A stretch of 64,000 nucleotides of DNA from the human T2T-CHM13v2.0 reference genome, Homo sapiens, in the NCBI RefSeq assembly GCF_009914755.1, contig NC_060940.1. One strand, given 5' to 3'. A program made the position numbers and the translations under genes. Below are positions 57,201 to 64,000 of the stretch, one piece after another (position 1 is the stretch's first letter; the number at the start of each line of letters is the position of its first letter). Below the pieces are notes generated by a model. It was not told the DNA's origin and ran no database searches. It saw nothing but the letters and a program-made list of their open reading frames with translations.

Positions 57201-60200
57201 AATAAATGCATTAATAATGCTAAGTGAATGAATGACTCCCAAAACCAGAAGCAGATGGATCCTCTGCTTGAATCTAAACATGATGCAAGTGTTCCTGTTT
57301 ACAAAGTGAACTTAGTGATGCCAATTATTCACAATACAAAAATAATTCTTCAGTTTACCAAAGATTTCACTTGGAAGCTAGTTAAAATAACTCGTTCCTT
57401 TAGTGCTTTAAAAAATACAATCCAATTTACAAAATGATGGTATATGGGCAACTTTTCTAGACTATATGAATTTCCTAAAAACGAAGTATTCAGCTTTGCC
57501 TAATGACAATTCTGCTTCTGATCTCTGATTCCAGTTTGTTTGCTGTATGGACTAAGAGATTGGCTTATTAAAACACCTCACCGAAGGCTATTTCAATGTT
57601 CTTATGTGTGGACATTTACATCTTTTATAAACTTGCGAATAGGTGCATTTACATGTGTTGGCTCTCCAGGAGAACCACGGCAAATGTATTCAAGATTCAT
57701 ACTGGCTTGCTTTGCAAATAGTCTACAATTTGGACAACAGGATTTAAGAAAGCCCCAGGTCTGTGTTCCAATTTTCATGTCCATTAACTGTCAGTACTGG
57801 GAAGAGGAAGGCAGAAATCACTCCTACTCAATGGAGAAGCCATTTTTTAAATTTTTCCTTCTTCAATGTCCCCAGCTTATGATAGTCCATTTGCCCAGCA
57901 TAGGCTATTGGTATTTCAGTGCTTTATCTAGTTGTTGTATATGTTTCCCTCTCCTTATTCACTCACCTCTTTCATAGCTAAGAACTGTGACGGTTTCTCT
58001 ACAACATGAGGTAAGTCAAACCCAATGTATTTTTATACACAGGTGGCTCAAGAGCTTTCTTCTTGGAAACGGTATTCCAGAAAAGCCATTGTGTTCTGGT
58101 TGACAGTCATTTTAGCTCTGGATCTTAATCCATGATTGCTTCCCCATTGTACAGAATATTGTTCTGGGTTATGGATAGAGTTAAAGAATAATATTTTTAA
58201 TAGTTATTCATTGAATGCCTATTAAGGGCTTTCATTGAAATCCTTACAACTATTCTACAGAACAGTATTATGCCTATTTTATAGGTGAGAATGGGAAAGC
58301 TCAGAGAATTGAACATTATATTTAAAGTCAAAAGGTTTGCTAATAAATACATGTCATTTTACTGCTCAGAGTTTTAAAGGGAAAAAAACTGGGATTCTAA
58401 TTTATGTAGTGGAGATGGTAAAGAGAAGTATGCAGAGGCATTAGGATAAGTGAAGTGATAGAACATTTCACATACAAGGAATAGGGCTGTTTTAGGGCTT
58501 TGAGGCAAGATTGGCTTTGGAGAGCTTGAGGACCTAAAAAGCAATCTGTAGAGCTAGTGTTTAATAAGTTTTGGGAAAGTATTCAGAGACAGACAATCCA
58601 AGTTCATAGAACACAAAAAGAACCCCAAATTGTATCCCAAATGCAATGGGCAGTTTTGAATGAGAGTTTGTTGTTGGTATTGCTGTTGTCTTGTTATTGT
58701 TGTTGTTTTAAGCAGGAATGATCAGATCGTATTGGTTGACCAAGAGCACTATGGCTGAGGTTGGATGGCAGCTGAAATGGATTCCTCGAGACTGTTACAC
58801 TTAACCAGGAGAGAGAATCCACAGCTGGGCAGAAGCAGTGACAGCAGAGAAGGGGACAAGTCCTGGGTGTGGTTTGAAGTGAAATCAGGCCTTTCTGTTG
58901 TGGTGGCTAAGAGAGAGAAGGATGTCAAGGATAATTCTCATGTAACTGCCCAAGCAATCTGGCAGATATAGGTGCGTGTTACTGACTCGGAGAAATCTGG
59001 AGGTTGACTAGATGTGTGAGTATGGGAGGGTAAGGGGCGTAAGCTTTCCAAACCTGCAGCTTTATCAAACCATTTGGGGCACTTGGGTGCTCTGCTTCCC
59101 TGCACTCACAGATATTTCCCAGGGTCAGGGAGGCAGTGTCACCTGATATTTAGTGACTTAAAAGAGAAAGCACTCATGTTTGAGTCAGGAAACTTGGGTT
59201 CTGGACTTGGACTTTGGGCTTCTCTTTATTTTTCTCTGAGCCATTTATTCTTGTCCAAAGTGAGGAGTTGGCCCAAAACACTTCTATGTGCCGATTTCCC
59301 TCTAAAAGCCTGTGATTACTGATTATGACCACTGCAGGGACAGTTTTTCAAAACTGTGTCCAACGATTACATTTATATTGATTCTGTGTCCGTTGGAGTC
59401 TCGTCCTGAGACACAGGTGAAGCAGGACGCAGGGCAGTGATAATGACCAGCAGACACACAGGGTCACTCGGGTTACCCAGAGCTCAGTGCAGAGGTCAGC
59501 TCCGTCCTCTCATGTTGCCACTCAGGACCATTTGTCAGTGACTGATTGCTGTTTTCACATCCCAGGATTATCACCTGCTCTCTTTTCTACCTAAAATGTC
59601 TACACCATCGCTCTTCTCCAACTTTTCCTTTCTGGTCCTATCAGAGAAGGGAGCAGAATTCCATGGCAGAGACCATGGGCTTAGAAATTGAGCTTCACAA
59701 GTTTAAGTCCTGCTTATATCCCTTACTTGCTGTGAGCACCTCATTTCCCTCTGTGAGCTTCCAGTTTCCACATCTGTAGAATGGCCACAGTGTCGGTACC
59801 TGCTTCAGATAATTGTGGTGGGTTGGGAAGATGATAATTCACAGTGCCCAGAAGATAGTAAATATAGTAAGTGAATTATTTTCTCCTCCTCCCTGTGTTC
59901 TCCCTGCTACCCCTTGTTATCTTTCATCTCTCAAAGTGGAGCTAAGGGATCATACACTTCAGAAAAATATCTCCTGCCCTTGTCCCTTCCCAGAGAATCA
60001 TGTCTGTAATTTTATCTTGCCTTAGTGTATTCTTCCCTATGCTGTCGTCTCACCCCATCTCTGCAAGAGACATCTAGAGGCCAATCATTATAGACACTTC
60101 ATTAATGTGTCCCAAGCAAACGGCATACAGCAGGTATTCAATAAATTTCTGCTAGCCTTTACTGCCAAAGGGCATGTTGAAAGGAAGAATGCTGGAAGAG

Positions 60201-61387
60201 GTAAGGAAGACAGAGGAACAGAAGAAGGAAAAATCCCATATGTCATGCCAGCTCCTCAAAAAAGATATTATTTTAGAATGTAAAGGAAAAATAGAGTTAA
60301 AGAAGAAACCATTAAGTGGCCCAAATTGCATTACTAGTTCTCTACTCTGGGATACACAGCCATCGTTCAGTCTTTAGTATAAGCAATTCTTGATTGACTA
60401 GAAGTGTTTAGCAAAAGAAGCAAAATTTACCATGTGTATTTACAGTCTGAATGGCTCGGCTCCTCTAGCTTTGCTTACATCAAAGAAAGGGGGAAAATGC
60501 ACCCAGACAGTCTAATTTCTTTAAGTCAGATGAGTCACAGAAGCAAACATTGGAAGATGTGCTACAAAATAATCAATCATCAGATAAAACTGTTTTGGAT
60601 GTAGCAGATGTATAAAATAAAGTGGGACTATTTTTTAAGCTAAAAGTTTGCATATTTACAGAAGATTCTGGTAGAATAGAGAAATTTAGCCAGACCATCA
60701 CTTAAAAGGAGGTGTGGTTTCAAAGCAGAAAGGCAGCTGAAAATAGCAGTCAGTTCTCTTCATCCCTTAACTCCTACCCCTATTCCTCATCCTCATGCCC
60801 AGCACCCAGTAATGATTTTTCATGATAAACACCTTTAATTTTTATTTTATTAACAATGTGGTTTCTAGAACACCTGAATATTGTATTTGGCCAATATCTG
60901 CTTTAAATATCATGTCATAAATAGAAAACATCAGTAGCAGTAGGATTAGCAGCATGCTGATCAGTTACTAGAAGGGAGGTGCCTCCCCACAGGTGACGGT
61001 CCGTATCATTACACCAATTTTGCAAGTGGAGAAATTCCTATGCTAGATGAGAAGCTGTATGGCCACGTTCACACATCTTAGACATTATGAAGTTTAGGTG
61101 TCCAGACGGAGCTTTCTCATTTCAGTGTGCTCTGGCATTTCCCAAATGTAAACTGACAAGCATCCAATCTGATGAAATGATGACATCCCATAAAATAGAT
61201 GTTTAATGTCTTATAATGTATCTATTTCCTGAAGCCAATTGTATGAAAATCTATCAAACTGCCTGTCTCCAAATGTCCACATGCTGGAGCATCACCATCT
61301 TCGCATACACTCTTCTCCCTGCTTAAAACAAGCTTCCTCCTTCATGTTCTGTCTATTTCCAGTTTATTTTTCAAAAATGCCATGCTC

Positions 61388-61531
61388 TTAGGTGAAATAC
61401 CTAATGTAGATGACAGGTTGATGGGTGCAGCAAACCACCATGGCACATGTATACCTATGTAACAAACCTTCACGTTCTACACATGTACCCCAGAAATTAA
61501 AGTATAATAACAAAAATAAAAATTTTAAAAA
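61388..61531 (+). mobile_element. 5'-truncated L1PA 3' end
   Basis: gaaatacctaatgtagatgacaggttgatgggtgcagcaaaccaccatggcacatgtatacctatgtaacaaacc...taaagtataata plus A-rich tail. Confidence 0.92.
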
Positions 61532-61895
61532 ATCTAATTTTACTTCTTTTGTACATTATTCATATAGTAACTTGTACTAAGGGATTTATTAATGTAACTT
61601 CATATGTATGTATTTAGTCATACATGGAAATATAAATACAGATAGGCAACAGCTAAAAAAGAAAAAAACTCCATGCTCACGTGTCCTATCCTCCAGACAT
61701 ATTTTCCTAGCACTCCTTGTTTCTCCCTCCCCTCATCACCAGTAGGGAATTAGTATCCTTGCTTTGTGTCCTGTGCACTCTGTGCCCAATTCTGAGAGCG
61801 TACTTGACCCATCTTCATTTTTTTTTCTCAAAGACTCTTATTTCTTTAAGGGTGGAAGCCATATTTTATACGTCATTAAATCCGCAGAACCTATC

Positions 61896-62443
61896 TGTGA
61901 TAGTTAATATTGAGTATCAAGTTGATTGAATTGAAAGAAACAAAATATTGATCCTGGGTGTGTCTGTGAGGGTGTTGCCAAAGAAGATGAGCATTTCAGT
62001 CAGTGGACTGGGAAAGGCAGACCCACCCTCAATCTGGGTGGGCACAATCTAATCAGCTGCCAGTTCAGTCAGAATAAAAGCAGGCAGAAGAATGCGGAAA
62101 GCCTAAACTGGCTAAGTCTTCTGGCCTCCATCTTTTCCCCATGCTGGATGCTTCTTGCCCTTGAACATCAGACTCCAAGTTCTTTAGCTTTTCGACTCTT
62201 AGACTTAACACCGGTGATTTGCCCAGGGCTCTTGGCCTTTGTCCACAAACTAAAGGCTGCACTATCGGCTTCATCCCTACTTTTGAGGTTTTGGGACTCG
62301 GACTTGCTTCCTGGCTCCTCAGTTTGCAGACGGCCTTTTGTGGGACTTCGTCTTGTGGTCATGTGAGTCAATACTCCTTAATAAACTCTCTTTCATATAT
62401 ACATCACCCTATTAGTCCTGTCGCTCTAGAGAACCCTAATACA
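61896..62443 (+). mobile_element. Solo MLT2A (HERVL) LTR
   Basis: tgtgatagttaatattgagt...cagtggactgggaaaggcagacccaccctcaatctgggtgggcac...ctagagaaccctaataca; TSD ctatc/ttatc. Confidence 0.9.
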
Positions 62444-62604
62444 TTATCACATCCCTTAGCAAATAGACTGTTAGTGCATGTAAGAATAAAATAAGAATAA
62501 TTGCTAACATTTATTTAGTGCCTACATGGGATAGGCATCATTCTAAGCAGTTTACATGTAGACTTATTTAATTCTCATAATACACATGTTGAATAGAAAC
62601 TATT

Positions 62605-63032
<428 letters not shown>

Positions 63033-63099
63033 TCATATACTTAATAACTTTCAACACTAATAAATTGGACACTTACGTAGCTGCATTGATAAACACACA

Positions 63100-63460
63100 A
63101 TGCAGATCATAGGTGGCTCTATGCTCTCTGTGCCCTGTCATGGTCTATGCGAGAGTTTTTAGTCCTGGTGTCATATTGACATTCAAGACATTTAAGGTCC
63201 TGGAATGTGAGCCACATGATGAGATAATTTGAGGATGGACAGTTTGCAGAAGAGAATACCCTTTGTTCAAATATCTAAACAGCTGTCATGAACAAGAGCG
63301 ATTAGATTCATTTTGCTTGACCCAGGAGGTGCAAAACTGAGACTAATGGATGGGAGCTTCAGGGAGGGAGAATGTTGCTCAGCCCAAGGAAGGATTTCTG
63401 GCAAGAAAGGTCTATGCCGCTAGATCTTGTGCTCCTGGGAATAGAAAGCTTTGGCTCCCT
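63100..63460 (+). mobile_element. L3/CR1 3' fragment
   Basis: ttcaaatatctaaacagctgtcatg...attagattcattttg...gctcagcccaaggaaggatttct. Confidence 0.5.
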
Positions 63461-64000
63461 TCCAGCATGGAAACTCAGACTATATGTCCATTTACTAGGT
63501 AGTATCATATTTCACAGGATACTTCTGCTTTGAGTAAGAGAGGGTATTACAGGACCACCATGATCTCTTTTATGTATACATTTTAGTGGAAATTGTAACA
63601 AGTCTAGTTAAAATGACATATGCCTTGGAAAAAAAGTTTATTTCTACTAATGTTAAAACTACTATGACTATCACTGCCAATGCTACTATAATTACTATTA
63701 ATGGTCATATGATAAATAATGTTTGCAGGGCAGCTACTGTATACTAGGTACATATTCCCTCTGCTAGTTTGCATTTTGCATATACCATGTCATTTAACCT
63801 GCACAGCAATTCTGAGTGGTTGGTGTCATCGATCTCTTTTTGCAGTTTCAGGGAACTGAGGCTCTAGGAGGTGAAGCCATCTACTCATGGTTAGCCAGAT
63901 AGTAACACTCAGATCTATGTGTGTCTGGCCACAAAATCAGTTCTCTTTCTGTTTTACAGAGCCATAGGAAGAGAGGGTAGGAAGAGAGGAGAGGAGAGGA

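Overview
Primate (very probably human) genomic DNA with no protein-coding exon. The sequence at 44515-44651 (- strand) matches, from my recollection of the mRNA, the non-coding first exon of cadherin-11 (CDH11, chr16q). It lies in a ~3.3-kb CpG island (~43350-46700). On that reading, 1-44514 is the 5' part of CDH11 intron 1 and the rest is upstream DNA. Most of the window is interspersed repeat: 13 Alus, MaLR/ERVL/MER21 LTRs, L1/L2/L3/MIR fragments and hAT MERs. The most unusual features are these. (i) A ~5.5-kb almost pure A/T compound minisatellite ~6 kb upstream of the promoter, built from 25-37-bp units in alternating orientation with internal palindromes. (ii) Several fossil rearrangement scars in intron 1: two local templated insertions (91 bp with an 8-bp target duplication; 247 bp ending in a fold-back hairpin), a ~1.2-kb inversion that splits an LTR, and a snap-back mosaic that spells a p53-like site. 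(iii) An L1 3' transduction. (iv) Back-to-back uORFs in exon 1, a candidate 44-nt cassette exon, a candidate upstream first exon and a strong CTCF site. I found no evidence for a novel protein-coding system. Repeat subfamily names are by eye, and the boundaries of old repeats are approximate.
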